The translations under genes were made by a program, and so were the position numbers. A model generated the notes under the pieces. That model saw only the letters and a program-made list of their open reading frames with translations. It did no database searches and was not told the origin of the DNA. Shown in pieces: positions 37,932 through 47,992 of a stretch of DNA of 64,000 nt. The DNA comes from Candidatus Bipolaricaulota bacterium (GTDB taxonomy: Bacteria > Bipolaricaulota > Bipolaricaulia > UBA7950 > UBA9294), in the NCBI GenBank assembly GCA_040752575.1, contig JBFMGK010000015.1, positions 15,823-79,822 of the forward strand. The letters run 5' to 3'. The stretch's first letter is position 1. Every line of letters starts with the position of its first letter.

Positions 37932-39736
37932 CGCGACCTCCCCGTTTCGCCGGCGTCCCCCAGCTGAGAGCGGTAGATCTCGCGGTAGATCGGGCTCGAC
38001 GCGAGCAACTCGGTGTGCGTTCCCTGCGCGGCGATCCGGCCGCCATCTAGAACGAGGATCTTGTCCGCGAGGAGTACGGTCGACACGCGCTGGGCCACGA
38101 TGAACCGCGTGGTGGTGTGCTCGGACTCGACGATCAGCCGGTCGAGCGCATCTTGGAGACGGATCTCGGTCTCGATGTCCACGGCGCTCGTCGAGTCGTC
38201 GAGGATCAGAACCTTCGGCCGGACGAGCAGCGCCCGCGCGATGGCCATCCGCTGCCGCTGGCCGCCCGACAGCGTGACACCGCGCTGCCCGATCAGCGTC
38301 GCGTAGCGGTCGGGAAACGATTCGATGAACTCCTCGGCCTGCGCGGCGCGCGCCGCAGCCACAATCTCGGCCTCGGTCGCATCCGGTCGCCCGTAGGCGA
38401 TGTTGTCGCGGATCGTCCCGGCGAACAGCACGGCCTCCTGGAGCGCCACGGCGACGTGGGCGCGGAGGGACCCGATCTGAAGGTCGCGAACGTCGACTCC
38501 GTCGAACGTGATGCGCCCCCCGGTGACGTCGTAGAAGCGCGGGATCAGGTGGATGAGCGTTGACTTGCCCGACCCGGTCGCGCCGAGCAGGGCCACGGTC
38601 TCCCCCGGCTCCGCGGTGAACGACACCCCTTGGAGAACCGGAGTCGCGTCCGCCCCGTCATAACTGAACGAGACGTCGTCGAACGCAATGCGCCCGCGCG
38701 GCGACGTCAGAGCCCTCGCCCCGGCGCGCTCGCGCACACGAGGTTCGGCATCGAGGACCTCGAGGATGCGGCCCGCCGAGGCATCCGCCGCCGAGAGCGG
38801 GCCGAGCATGCCGGCCAGCATCATCAGCGGGAAGAGCGCGAACATCAGGTAGTTGATCGACGCCACGACCTGGCCCACGGTCATGTCGCCGCCCAGGGAC
38901 GCGACGCCGCCGATCCAGATCGCCGCGACGATGGCGCTGTTGAGAATCAGCGACATGAGCGGAAGCAGGAACGCGAGGAGCCGCATGACGCGAACGCTGG
39001 TCTCGGTCAGCGCAATGTTTGCGGCCTCGAAGCGCGCCTTCTCGTGATCCTCGCGAACGAAGGCTTTGACGACGCGCACTCCGGCCAGATTCTCCTGCAA
39101 CACGGTGTTGAGCCGATCGAGGCGCCCCTGCACGGCGGCGAACAGCGGGCGAGCCTTACGGGCGAACCAGTACACAAACACCACGATGACGGGAACGAAC
39201 GCGAGCATCATCAGCGCGAGCCGCGGACTCGTGAGGACGAGCAGCACGACCGAGCCCGCGATCCAGACGGGAGCGCGCGTCAGAATCCGCAGCGACATCA
39301 TGACGACCATCTGCGCCGCGTTCACGTCGCTCGTCGATCGGGTGATCAGCTCGCCCGTCCGCAGCTCGTCAAGGTTCGCAAACGAGAACGACTGAGCCTT
39401 TCGGAACAGCGCGCTGCGCACGTCGGCCCCGAAGCTCATCGCCACGCGAACCGACAGCGCGTTGTTCGCCAGGGCAAACAGCGCCGAGACGAGCGACGCG
39501 CCGAGCATGATGAGCGCCGTCGTCCAGACCACGCGCAAGTCGCCTCGCGCAATTCCTTCATCGATGATCCGCTGCGAGAGCCGCGGAACGACGAGATCCG
39601 CCGCGACCATCCCGAAGAGAAGGACGAGCGCTCCGATCGCCTGGCGGCGATACGGTCGGACGAAAGCGAAGAGACGGCGGAGCGACTTCATGCCGCGTCC
39701 TCTCCTTCGGTCCCGACGTTGCGGAGGGTGCTGCAT
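37928..39736 (-). CDS. ABC exporter, fused permease-ATPase (partner half transporter)
   Basis: A 6-TM domain plus an NBD (GATGSGKST, LSGGQRQRMAIARALL, LILDDSTSAVD). Its 4-nt overlap with the downstream paralog suggests a heterodimeric exporter. Confidence 0.9.
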   Translation of the reverse strand: MQHPPQRRDRRRGRGMKSLRRLFAFVRPYRRQAIGALVLLFGMVAADLVVPRLSQRIIDEGIARGDLRVVWTTALIMLGASLVSALFALANNALSVRVAMSFGADVRSALFRKAQSFSFANLDELRTGELITRSTSDVNAAQMVVMMSLRILTRAPVWIAGSVVLLVLTSPRLALMMLAFVPVIVVFVYWFARKARPLFAAVQGRLDRLNTVLQENLAGVRVVKAFVREDHEKARFEAANIALTETSVRVMRLLAFLLPLMSLILNSAIVAAIWIGGVASLGGDMTVGQVVASINYLMFALFPLMMLAGMLGPLSAADASAGRILEVLDAEPRVRERAGARALTSPRGRIAFDDVSFSYDGADATPVLQGVSFTAEPGETVALLGATGSGKSTLIHLIPRFYDVTGGRITFDGVDVRDLQIGSLRAHVAVALQEAVLFAGTIRDNIAYGRPDATEAEIVAAARAAQAEEFIESFPDRYATLIGQRGVTLSGGQRQRMAIARALLVRPKVLILDDSTSAVDIETEIRLQDALDRLIVESEHTTTRFIVAQRVSTVLLADKILVLDGGRIAAQGTHTELLASSPIYREIYRSQLGDAGETGRSR

Positions 39737-40188
39737 CGGCAGTCCGACGCGCGTAGAAGACGCGCCCGCACGACGCGGAGGAGCCGCGCCAACGTCTCGA
39801 CGTCCGCCGGCTCAAGACAGGTTCCGATTTCCTCTTCGAGCCCGCGGAAGCAGTCCTCGGCTTCGGCGCGGAGGCCGCGCGCCTTGGCCGTGAGGTAGAC
39901 GCGCGACAGCCGTTGGTCGGCGGGGTCGGCGCGACGCTCGACCCAACCGTCGCGCTCCATGCGCTGCAGCATGGCGCTTACCGAGGCCGCAGTCAGTCGC
40001 AGGCGCCGAGCCACCTCGCCCTGGGTCACGCCTTCGTGATGTCCAAGGAAGAACAACGCCGGCCCCTGGGCCGGGTGCAGGCCGACCGCGTCGAGCCGTA
40101 CCCGCAGCCTCTCGCCCACCAAGCGACTAACCTGAAGCAAGAGCTGCCCGGCACTCCGTTGCGCCCCGTCGTCGTCGTAGAACTCCAT
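39688..40188 (-). CDS. MarR-family transcriptional regulator
   Basis: The MarR wHTH is VTQGEVARRLRLTAASVSAMLQRMERDGWVERRADPADQR. It overlaps the start of the ABC exporter pair. Confidence 0.8.
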   Translation of the reverse strand: MEFYDDDGAQRSAGQLLLQVSRLVGERLRVRLDAVGLHPAQGPALFFLGHHEGVTQGEVARRLRLTAASVSAMLQRMERDGWVERRADPADQRLSRVYLTAKARGLRAEAEDCFRGLEEEIGTCLEPADVETLARLLRVVRARLLRASDCRCSTLRNVGTEGEDAA

Positions 40189-40274
40189 GAGATCCTTAGC
40201 CTGTTGAATGTTAGATGGCTAAGTATACCGGTGCGATGCTCGGGGGCAAGGTGAACGGCAAGCGGAGATCGCCG

Positions 40275-40529
40275 CTAGGGGCGACGGTCCTTCAGCGCAT
40301 CGTGAATCCCGAAGATGGCCATGATGACCTCGCAGACGATGCGCAAGACGACGGGTCCGACGAGAAGGACGAGAATCCCGTTGAGAATCCCAATCCCCGA
40401 TCCGAACCGTCCGGCGTGGGTCGCGATCATCGCTACGCCTTCGGCAACGCAAAGCCCTACCCCGACCCAGAAGACGAGCTCGATGAAGATCGGGGTCAGG
40501 AACTTCCGGAACAGCAGGTAGTCGCGCAT
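40275..40529 (-). CDS. DUF4282-like small membrane protein
   Basis: MRDYLLFRKFLTPIFIELVFWVGVG...ILNGILVLLVGPVVLRIVCEVIMAIFGIHDAL is the typical DUF4282 two-TM pattern. The frame is 84 aa inside the longer 40275..40811 ORF. Confidence 0.5.
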   Translation of the reverse strand: MRDYLLFRKFLTPIFIELVFWVGVGLCVAEGVAMIATHAGRFGSGIGILNGILVLLVGPVVLRIVCEVIMAIFGIHDALKDRRP

Positions 40530-40683
40530 GCTCCCTCCTTGGTCGCTTTCGTCCCTAGCGCCGTACGATAGCCGAACGGGGACAGGCGGCCAAGCAGGGC
40601 CGGCCGGAACGCCGCACGAGATGGACGCGAGACGCGGGCGGCCTATCAACGGGTTCGTCCGCGGAGCGAGGGGGGAGAGGGTC

Positions 40684-41265
40684 GTGAACGTACTCGTCCT
40701 ACACGGGAGTGCACGCAAGGGCGGAGACACCGACGCCCTCGCCGAGAGCTTTCTCGGCGGGATGGCCGAGATCGGCTCCCAGGTCGTCCGCCACTTCTTC
40801 GCCATCGACATGAAGGTGGCTCACTGCCGCGGGGCGGAGTGCCTCGCCTGCTGCGCCGACGGCCAAGCCGGTCGCTGCGTCGTCGAAGACGACATGCAGC
40901 CGCTCTATCCCGCCCTCCGCGACGCGAACGTCGTGGTTCTGGCGACGCCGATGTTCTGGGGATACATGACGTCGCAATTGAAGACCGTGTTCGACCGGCT
41001 CGAGGCCGTGGCGTCGCCGACCTACTTCGGCGGAAAGGACTTCGTCCTCCTCGTCGGCTACCGACGCTACTACGGGTCCATGGTCGAGTGGCTGGGGCGG
41101 ATCGCACGGGGGTTTGGGAGCCGTTTCCACTTCCTGGTCTGCCAAACGTACGACCCTGCAACCGATCGCGACGTACCGATCCGCGAGACACCCCATCGCC
41201 TCGCAGAAGCCCGCGATCTGGGGCGTCGCGTCGCCGCGGCGTGCGGCGGCGGATCAGACGCCTAG
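40684..41265 (+). CDS. NAD(P)H-dependent FMN reductase / iron-sulfur flavoprotein family (flavodoxin-like fold)
   Basis: A GTG start gives MNVLVLHGSARKGGDT, the typical N-terminus of this family, followed by VVLATPMFWGYMTSQLK. Confidence 0.65.
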   Translation: MNVLVLHGSARKGGDTDALAESFLGGMAEIGSQVVRHFFAIDMKVAHCRGAECLACCADGQAGRCVVEDDMQPLYPALRDANVVVLATPMFWGYMTSQLKTVFDRLEAVASPTYFGGKDFVLLVGYRRYYGSMVEWLGRIARGFGSRFHFLVCQTYDPATDRDVPIRETPHRLAEARDLGRRVAAACGGGSDA

Positions 41266-42243
41266 CGAGATCAGCGCGACCGAGGCTCCAGCGAGGAGCA
41301 CGCCCCACAACGCGCGCGGCGTCGGACGCTCGCGCAGGAAGAGAACCGAGAAGAGGAGACAGAACAGGAGCGTGGCCCCGCGAACGGGGGCCACGCTGCT
41401 CGCAGCAGCGCGGCGCAGGCTCTCCAGCCAGAGAAGCCACCCCACTCCGGCGCCGACGATCCCGGACAGGACGATGTATCCGAGGCCGCGCGGCGCAAAC
41501 CGCGCGGGAACGCGTCGACGCAGGAAGGGCAGGAGCAGGGCGGCTCCAAGCGCCCCGGAGGCGGCGAACAACAACAGGAGGGTCTCCGACGACAGACCGC
41601 GGTCGAGGGCCAGCTTCGCCGGCACGGTCTCGGCCACGCCCCAGAGCACGCCGGTTGCCAAGGCGTAGAGCGTCCCCGCGAGGCCCTTCCCTCTCCCCCT
41701 CTGGGCATCGCGCCGCTCCACCAGGAAGGCCGCGCCGGCCACAGCGAGGATCGCGGCGACGACCGCCTGCCACCGCATCGCTTCTCCGAGGAAGAGGATC
41801 GCGGCGAAGACGCCCCACAGCGGCGCGGTATTCGAAAGCGTCGTCGCGCGGTATGCGGACGTCCGCTCAAGGGCCATCAGGTAGAGGAGACCTCCGAGGG
41901 TCGCATCGATGAACCCGGCGAGCACGGCGTATCCCGCCGCCTGCAGAGAAGGAATCGCCAGGGCGCGCGTCGCGACAGCATAGGCGAGGGCGAACAGCGC
42001 CACGAGGCCCCAACGAACCACCAAGTACGTCAGCCGGTCAACGTAGCGGATGGCTGGGACCGCCGCCGTCATCCCGATGCCCCACGCCGCCGATGCCGCG
42101 AGCGCAAGCGCCAACGCCTGAACTGAGATGGGCCCTCCTGTCGTGCCGAGATCGGAGACGATACTTGGCACGTCGCGCCCTTTCACCCCGCCCGCCACAC
42201 GGTCTCCACCGCTTGCGCACGCAGCGCACATCGCGATCCGCAA
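41254..42243 (-). CDS. DMT-superfamily (EamA-like) transporter
   Basis: About 10 transmembrane helices arranged as two EamA-like halves. Confidence 0.65.
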   Translation of the reverse strand: MRIAMCAACASGGDRVAGGVKGRDVPSIVSDLGTTGGPISVQALALALAASAAWGIGMTAAVPAIRYVDRLTYLVVRWGLVALFALAYAVATRALAIPSLQAAGYAVLAGFIDATLGGLLYLMALERTSAYRATTLSNTAPLWGVFAAILFLGEAMRWQAVVAAILAVAGAAFLVERRDAQRGRGKGLAGTLYALATGVLWGVAETVPAKLALDRGLSSETLLLLFAASGALGAALLLPFLRRRVPARFAPRGLGYIVLSGIVGAGVGWLLWLESLRRAAASSVAPVRGATLLFCLLFSVLFLRERPTPRALWGVLLAGASVALISLGV

Positions 42244-42282
42244 GACTGGAAAACCAAAAGCAGTTCACATCAGGAGGTTTCT

Positions 42283-42897
42283 ATGGCGAAGGTTCTTGTT
42301 GGCTTGGGCGTCGTCGCCGCAGCGGTCGTCTTGGTCCTCGGAGCGTTGGGGGGGCCGTCGAAGGCCATCGCCGGCCTCACCGACGAGATCCGCAACGAGA
42401 TCATTCCCGTGGAGGGGACGGAAACGTCCTATGGGATCCCGCTGTCTCTCACATCGTTGCCGCAGTTCATCGCGTGGTGGACGACGAAGGTCCCGCAGGT
42501 CGAGAACGAGGCCGACTACGGATGGGCTCTTGGCTCGCTGGTCGCGCCCTGCTGCGACGACAACCCCGTCTTCCATTGCTGCTGCGAAGGCGGCCCCGGA
42601 CAGGCGTGCAACCTCATCCGGAGCGCCAAGGGACTGGCCGCGCACCTGTTTCTGGACCTTGAGTACTCGGCGGACGAGGTCCGCGAGAGCGTCTACGAGT
42701 GGCTCCGCTTCGCTCGTCCCGATTACTACGTAGCTGCAGAACTCGCAACTCGCGGGGAGAACCCGGCGGCGTACGGTCTTACGACGCAAGGCTCGTGTTA
42801 TCGAGGTCTCTGCAACACGCCGATCAGCCAGGGCGGCTGTGGCGGCATGAACGCAGACGAGATCCTCGAGCCGACGCTCACCGATCAGGACGCCTAG
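42283..42897 (+). CDS. Membrane-anchored/secreted cysteine-rich hypothetical protein
   Basis: RBS CAGGAGGTTTCT-ATG and an N-terminal transmembrane/signal segment. It has an unusual Cys cluster APCCDDNPVFHCCCEGGPGQAC plus later C..C..C. Confidence 0.55.
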   Translation: MAKVLVGLGVVAAAVVLVLGALGGPSKAIAGLTDEIRNEIIPVEGTETSYGIPLSLTSLPQFIAWWTTKVPQVENEADYGWALGSLVAPCCDDNPVFHCCCEGGPGQACNLIRSAKGLAAHLFLDLEYSADEVRESVYEWLRFARPDYYVAAELATRGENPAAYGLTTQGSCYRGLCNTPISQGGCGGMNADEILEPTLTDQDA

Positions 42898-42911
42898 GGA
42901 AGCGCTGGCCG

Positions 42912-44945
42912 TCAGTCCCACATGTCGCGCATGCGCTGACGTACGTCGTCGTCAGGGTCGTAGAACGACCCTAGGTCTTCCTTCGGCTCCGGTTGCGCGA
43001 GCGCGATCTCCTCGACGGACGCGAGGACGTCCTTTGTGAAGAAGCGGCAGAGCTGCGCGTAGCTGTGCGCGTCGCCGAGCGCATACCACTTGTGGTAGTA
43101 GCGCAGGGGCCATGTCACGTACAGGTGGTCCTTCGCCCGCGTGAGCGCAACGTAGGCCAGCCGCCGCTCTTCTTCGATCTCCTCTTGCGATCCTGTCGAG
43201 AGGTCCGACGGCAGGAAGCCGTCCGCAGCGTGGATCAGGTACACGACGTCCCACTCACAGCCCTTCGCGGAGTGGATGGTCGACAGCACGAGCCAGTCTT
43301 CATCGAGCGTCGGAGCCGCGGCCAGGTCGCTCGTCGACGTCGGCGGGTCGAGCTGCACGTCGGCAAGGAACTGGCCCCGCGAGCGGTAGCCTCCCGCGAT
43401 CTGCTCAAGGCTGATGAGGTCGCGTACGCGAGCCGCAGGGTTCTCGTACGTTTTCTCGAAGATCGGGTCGTAGAACCTGCGGATTCGCTCGACCTGCGCT
43501 TCGGGGTTCTTCGCGCCCATGGGAACGAGGTCGTCAAAGACCCCGGCCAAGTCCGCCAGCCCGGCCCGTGCCGCCGGGGGACCGCCGAACGAGCGTACCG
43601 AGCGCGGGTCTCCGCCGTGCAGGCCGACGTGGTCGACGATCCGCGACGCCGTCGTCGGCCCGACCCCGTCCAGAAGGTCCAAGATGCGGAACCAGGCGAG
43701 CTCGTCGCGCGGGTTCTCGAGAACGCGAAGAAACGCGAGGAGGTCTTTCACGTGAGCCGCCTCGAGGAACCGCAGTCCGCCGTACTTGTGATACGGGATG
43801 TTGCGCCGCGCGAGTTCGATTTCGAGCGTGTCCGAGAGGTGGGCGGCACGGAACAGCACGGCCTGTCGGCGCAACGGGATGCCCTCTTCGTAGTGGCGCA
43901 AGACCTCGTCGACGACGTAGTGATCCTGTTCCGTCGTGTCCTTGCACAGGACCAGTCGCGGTCGCTGATCGCTCGCCCGCCGAGACCACAGGTCCTTCGT
44001 GAATCGCTCGCTCGCCCCGGCAATCAACCGGTTGGCAGTGTCGAGAATCGGAGACACGGATCGGTAGTTCTGCTCGAGCGTTACGACGGCCGCTCCCGGG
44101 AACTGCTTAGGGAAGTCGAGCATGTTCCGCACCGTGGCCCCGCGGAACCGGTAGATGCTCTGCGCGTCGTCACCGACCACCATGAGATTCCGGTTGTCGC
44201 GCCGCATCCCTAGGAGGATACGTGCCTGAACGACGTTCGTGTCCTGATACTCGTCGACGAGGACGTGATCGAATCGGCCGTCTAGCTCGGCCGCGAGCCG
44301 CGGGCTCTCCAGGAGCGACATCCAATAGAGCAGAAGGTCGTCGTAGTCGAGGACGTTGCGCTCCTGCTTGCGCGCGACGTAGCGCTTGAACAGCTCGCGC
44401 AGCTCCGCCTCCCAGGCACCGCACCACGGGAAGTCGCGCTCGAGCACATCCTTGAGTTCCTCGCCGCTGTTCACGCGCCTCGAGTAGATCGCCAGACACG
44501 TCCCTTTTCGCGGGAATCGCTTCTCCTTCTCGTGCAGCCCCATTTCGTGGCGGATCAAGTGGATCAGGCTCTCGGCGTCGCCCTGGTCGAGCACGGTGAA
44601 GTCCCGGCTGATGCCAATCGACTCGGCGTACAGCCGGAGAAGGCGGTGGGCCATCGCGTGGAACGTCCCGCCCCAGACGCGCCCGGTCGTCGAGGTTCCT
44701 CGCGCAACAATCGTCGACGCCCGCTCGAGCATCTCCTGAGCCGCTCTGCGGGTGAACGTCAACAGGAGAATTCGTCCGGGGTCGACGCCCTGCGAGATCA
44801 GGTAGGCGACGCGATACGCCAACGTCTTGGTCTTGCCGGTGCCGGCGCCGGCCACAACCAGCAGGGGGCCGGAGCCGTGCGTGACGGCCGCGCGCTGTTC
44901 GGGATTCAGATCGGAAAGCCACGTTGCGTCCTGCTCGCCCCTCAT
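42912..44945 (-). CDS. UvrD/PcrA/Rep-family ATP-dependent DNA helicase
   Basis: Motifs I (AGAGTGKT), II (DEYQDTN) and the later helicase motifs are present in a 677-aa protein. Confidence 0.9.
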   Translation of the reverse strand: MRGEQDATWLSDLNPEQRAAVTHGSGPLLVVAGAGTGKTKTLAYRVAYLISQGVDPGRILLLTFTRRAAQEMLERASTIVARGTSTTGRVWGGTFHAMAHRLLRLYAESIGISRDFTVLDQGDAESLIHLIRHEMGLHEKEKRFPRKGTCLAIYSRRVNSGEELKDVLERDFPWCGAWEAELRELFKRYVARKQERNVLDYDDLLLYWMSLLESPRLAAELDGRFDHVLVDEYQDTNVVQARILLGMRRDNRNLMVVGDDAQSIYRFRGATVRNMLDFPKQFPGAAVVTLEQNYRSVSPILDTANRLIAGASERFTKDLWSRRASDQRPRLVLCKDTTEQDHYVVDEVLRHYEEGIPLRRQAVLFRAAHLSDTLEIELARRNIPYHKYGGLRFLEAAHVKDLLAFLRVLENPRDELAWFRILDLLDGVGPTTASRIVDHVGLHGGDPRSVRSFGGPPAARAGLADLAGVFDDLVPMGAKNPEAQVERIRRFYDPIFEKTYENPAARVRDLISLEQIAGGYRSRGQFLADVQLDPPTSTSDLAAAPTLDEDWLVLSTIHSAKGCEWDVVYLIHAADGFLPSDLSTGSQEEIEEERRLAYVALTRAKDHLYVTWPLRYYHKWYALGDAHSYAQLCRFFTKDVLASVEEIALAQPEPKEDLGSFYDPDDDVRQRMRDMWD

Positions 44946-45053
44946 GAGCCCCCAGGGTACCCGACGGCCGGGGCTCCGGCTACGGTCGCGTGCGCACAGG
45001 TCTCCGGTTAGGGAGCGTAGACGAGCCGAGGTGCGGGAGTCGACTGCCCCGGA

Positions 45054-47162
45054 CTACCGCGGCGTCGTGGCCCCGTAGACTGCGCCGCTGTCACCGCTGC
45101 AGCCACAAGGGTTGGACGCTTTGACCTTGTACCAGAACTCCTGCCCCGGCTCGAGTCCTTCGTCGACGTACCGCGTTTCTGTGATCCCCGTCGCGATTGT
45201 GGCAAAGGGTCCCTCGCGCGCCGGTGCCCGGCTGACGTTGTAGACCTCGGTGTCCTCCATCGGGAGCCACGTCACCTCAATGGAGTTGGTGTAGGTTCCC
45301 ATCGAAGCGCGGACGCCTTCCGGCGCCGCGGGCCGGTAACCATAGCTCCCGTAGATGGTCTTGGACGGGGCGCTCTCCTCCTCGCCGGCGAGAGCCTGAA
45401 CCCGATACCAGTAGTCGCCGCAGAGAACGACATCTCGATCCTCCCACGAGGTGCTGTCGGTTTCGATGACCGGTTCATAGGTCCCGCGATAGCTCGTTGC
45501 TCGCAAAACGCGGTAGCTCTCCGCCCCGCGCACGGTGCTCCAGGAGACCATGACGAGACCATAGGGTCGGCCTCGTGTGGCATCAAACCAGGAGGGCGGG
45601 CTGAGGCGCGTCGGGTCGGGCGGAAGGTCGTAGAACGCCATGCCTTGCGCCTGAGGGCTCAACTCGCTCTTGCCGCAGCCGTTCTCCGCAAAAACCCGGT
45701 AGTTGTACGTCTGTCCCACAACGACGTCGGTGTCCACGAAAAGCGCCTCGGGACCGCTATAGACGTCGTACTGCTGCGCCGGCACCCTCGGCTGGTCGCT
45801 CATGGGCTGCGTCCTCATCAGACGATACGACGTGGCCCCTTCGACAGGCGCCCACTGAACGATCACGGTCGCGGCTTGCGTACCGCCATCGGTCCAGATC
45901 CTCGTCGGAGGCATGGGGACAAGGCCCACGTAGCCGGGAGTCGAGACGGTCTCGAGGCCCAATGCGCCACTGTTGAGCGAGCGGATGGCGTACGAGTACG
46001 GGGTGCATGTCTCGACGTCTCGGTCCTGGAAAGAAAGCCCGCTCGCAACGGCAACTGGCTCGTAGGCCCCGCCAGCCCTCTCGGCGCGCAGAACCTCGTA
46101 GGTCGATGCCCCGGCAGCCGGCTTCCACTCGACGAGAATGCGGTCACCGTAGCTGCCGCGGCTGGCCGACGCCATGCCGGGCGCGGAGCCGCGCGGCAGG
46201 CGGTTCTCTGTCGTCGAGGTTCCCGATGGAGGTAGACCGACCGATGCCCACCCGGCACCCGTCGCCGTGCGGACCAACACGTAGACGGGGTGAATTGCGC
46301 CATCCACCTTCACCGAGGCCATCGCCGTCCCGTCTGCGCCCGTCTGCTCCATGGCTTCGAGCAGCCCCGCCAGTTGAGAAACCGACACGGAGACCGACGT
46401 CGCTTCGGCCCAGGATGAGTCTGCCAGCGCGCCCGTCAAGGTCATCCCGCTCTGCTCTAACGCGAGGCGGTCCGCGTCCGCCAACGCCAAACCCACGATT
46501 TCGACCGACGATGTGTCCATGAGAATGGGCGATGGAGAGAGCGTGAGCGGCGCCTCGGGGTCCTCCGATGTCACGATGTCGCCCCGCGAGACGTATCTCC
46601 AGCCCAGGCTGGACATCCAACTCCAGAAGTCGCCCGCCGCGACCGAGGAGAAGGCCAGAAGGTCCTTCGGCGCAGCCAACGCGATCTCCGACGATGATGC
46701 GCCCTCCGGTACCGGAGGGGTGGGAGTGCACGCCATGCCGTCAAGGACCTGGAGGACGTCGTTCCGCTGGGCCAGCGCACGGATCTGGCTGCCCGCGCCT
46801 CGCGCAACGAGCAAACCCAGTCCGTAGATCGGCGCAAGTCCAATCTCCCAGGCCATGCCGTCGGCTCGCAGAAGCGCTAACGTGTTCTCGACGACGGCGT
46901 CCTGCGCGACCTGGGACGCCGCTTCGCGTCCGCCTGACAGCCAAGCTCGATGCGAGGTCGCAGCGTACGCCTCGTGCTGAACGTCGGTGGAAGAGATCCC
47001 CAGAACGCTCACCAGAACGGTTCGTTCTTCCGTTGTACCGTTGTCGATCCAACGCAGGACGGACGGCGCGACCTTGTCTCTCCATGTCCCCGCAGCAGTT
47101 AACGCAAGAGCGACAAACCCCAAGCTCAGGACTCCCATGAGGACGATTCGCCGGAAGACCAT
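45054..47162 (-). CDS. Secreted protein with multiple fibronectin type-III domains
   Basis: An N-terminal signal or transmembrane segment is followed by several roughly 90-aa Fn3-like modules (W..V.GA..Y.V.R, Y.Y.V.A). The protein is 702 aa. Confidence 0.6.
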   Translation of the reverse strand: MVFRRIVLMGVLSLGFVALALTAAGTWRDKVAPSVLRWIDNGTTEERTVLVSVLGISSTDVQHEAYAATSHRAWLSGGREAASQVAQDAVVENTLALLRADGMAWEIGLAPIYGLGLLVARGAGSQIRALAQRNDVLQVLDGMACTPTPPVPEGASSSEIALAAPKDLLAFSSVAAGDFWSWMSSLGWRYVSRGDIVTSEDPEAPLTLSPSPILMDTSSVEIVGLALADADRLALEQSGMTLTGALADSSWAEATSVSVSVSQLAGLLEAMEQTGADGTAMASVKVDGAIHPVYVLVRTATGAGWASVGLPPSGTSTTENRLPRGSAPGMASASRGSYGDRILVEWKPAAGASTYEVLRAERAGGAYEPVAVASGLSFQDRDVETCTPYSYAIRSLNSGALGLETVSTPGYVGLVPMPPTRIWTDGGTQAATVIVQWAPVEGATSYRLMRTQPMSDQPRVPAQQYDVYSGPEALFVDTDVVVGQTYNYRVFAENGCGKSELSPQAQGMAFYDLPPDPTRLSPPSWFDATRGRPYGLVMVSWSTVRGAESYRVLRATSYRGTYEPVIETDSTSWEDRDVVLCGDYWYRVQALAGEEESAPSKTIYGSYGYRPAAPEGVRASMGTYTNSIEVTWLPMEDTEVYNVSRAPAREGPFATIATGITETRYVDEGLEPGQEFWYKVKASNPCGCSGDSGAVYGATTPR

Positions 47163-47389
47163 ACGACCTCCTTCCGGACGCGCCGGAAGGACGAGGAAGG
47201 CCTAGAGGGTGGCGAGCTTCCCCGTAGATGACGGCGAGTCCCGCACGAGCCCGACCCTATTCCATCATAACACATCCGTAACGGATATCCAACCTCGTCG
47301 AGATCACCTTGCGGATTCGTGCGCGACGGAGAACAATCGTGTAACCAAGGCCCCGTCGCGCAACGCGGGCCGCGCGGGAGACCAGAGAG

Positions 47390-47968
47390 ATGCCCTCTCG
47401 GCCGTATCTGTTCAACACACAATGCCTCGCTGTCCGACGCGCCGTGGCAGACGATGCCCCGTTCATCCTCTCGTTGTGGAGCGATCCGCAGGTCATGCGC
47501 TTCGTTGGGTTTCCCCGCGGCCTTCCGACGGCGGCACGCGACGTCTCACAACGCCTTCGCCTCCCCGGCCGCTCGCCGCTTCTCGTCGTCGAGTACCGTG
47601 AGACGGGCGAGCCGGTTGGACAATGCCTGCTCGGGGCGCCCGACGAGTGCGGCGTCTGCGAGCCGGACATCAAGCTGACGCCGTGCCAGTGGGGACGGGG
47701 ATACGGCACGGAGCTTTGGGTCGCCATCATCGATCAGCTGTTCCTGACGACCGCTTGCGCCGCTGTGCGCGGGACGCCGAACGTCGCCAACGTCGCCTCG
47801 ATCCGGATGATGGAGGCGGCGGGCATGCGCCGCGTCGGCGAGGGCCGGTTCGAGTTCCCGTGCTCCATGCAGGCCTACACGGTTCCCGTTCCGCACTTCG
47901 TCTACGAGATCACGCGTGCGGCCTGGCAGGGACGCCGAGAAGAAGTCTCCGGCCGAACCAGCGAGTAG
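47390..47968 (+). CDS. GNAT-family N-acetyltransferase (RimJ/RimL-like)
   Basis: An acetyltransferase-fold protein of 192 aa with a QWGRGYGTE acetyl-CoA motif. Confidence 0.65.
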   Translation: MPSRPYLFNTQCLAVRRAVADDAPFILSLWSDPQVMRFVGFPRGLPTAARDVSQRLRLPGRSPLLVVEYRETGEPVGQCLLGAPDECGVCEPDIKLTPCQWGRGYGTELWVAIIDQLFLTTACAAVRGTPNVANVASIRMMEAAGMRRVGEGRFEFPCSMQAYTVPVPHFVYEITRAAWQGRREEVSGRTSE

Positions 47969-47992
47969 GATAGCGAGCAGCGAGGAGGTTCC

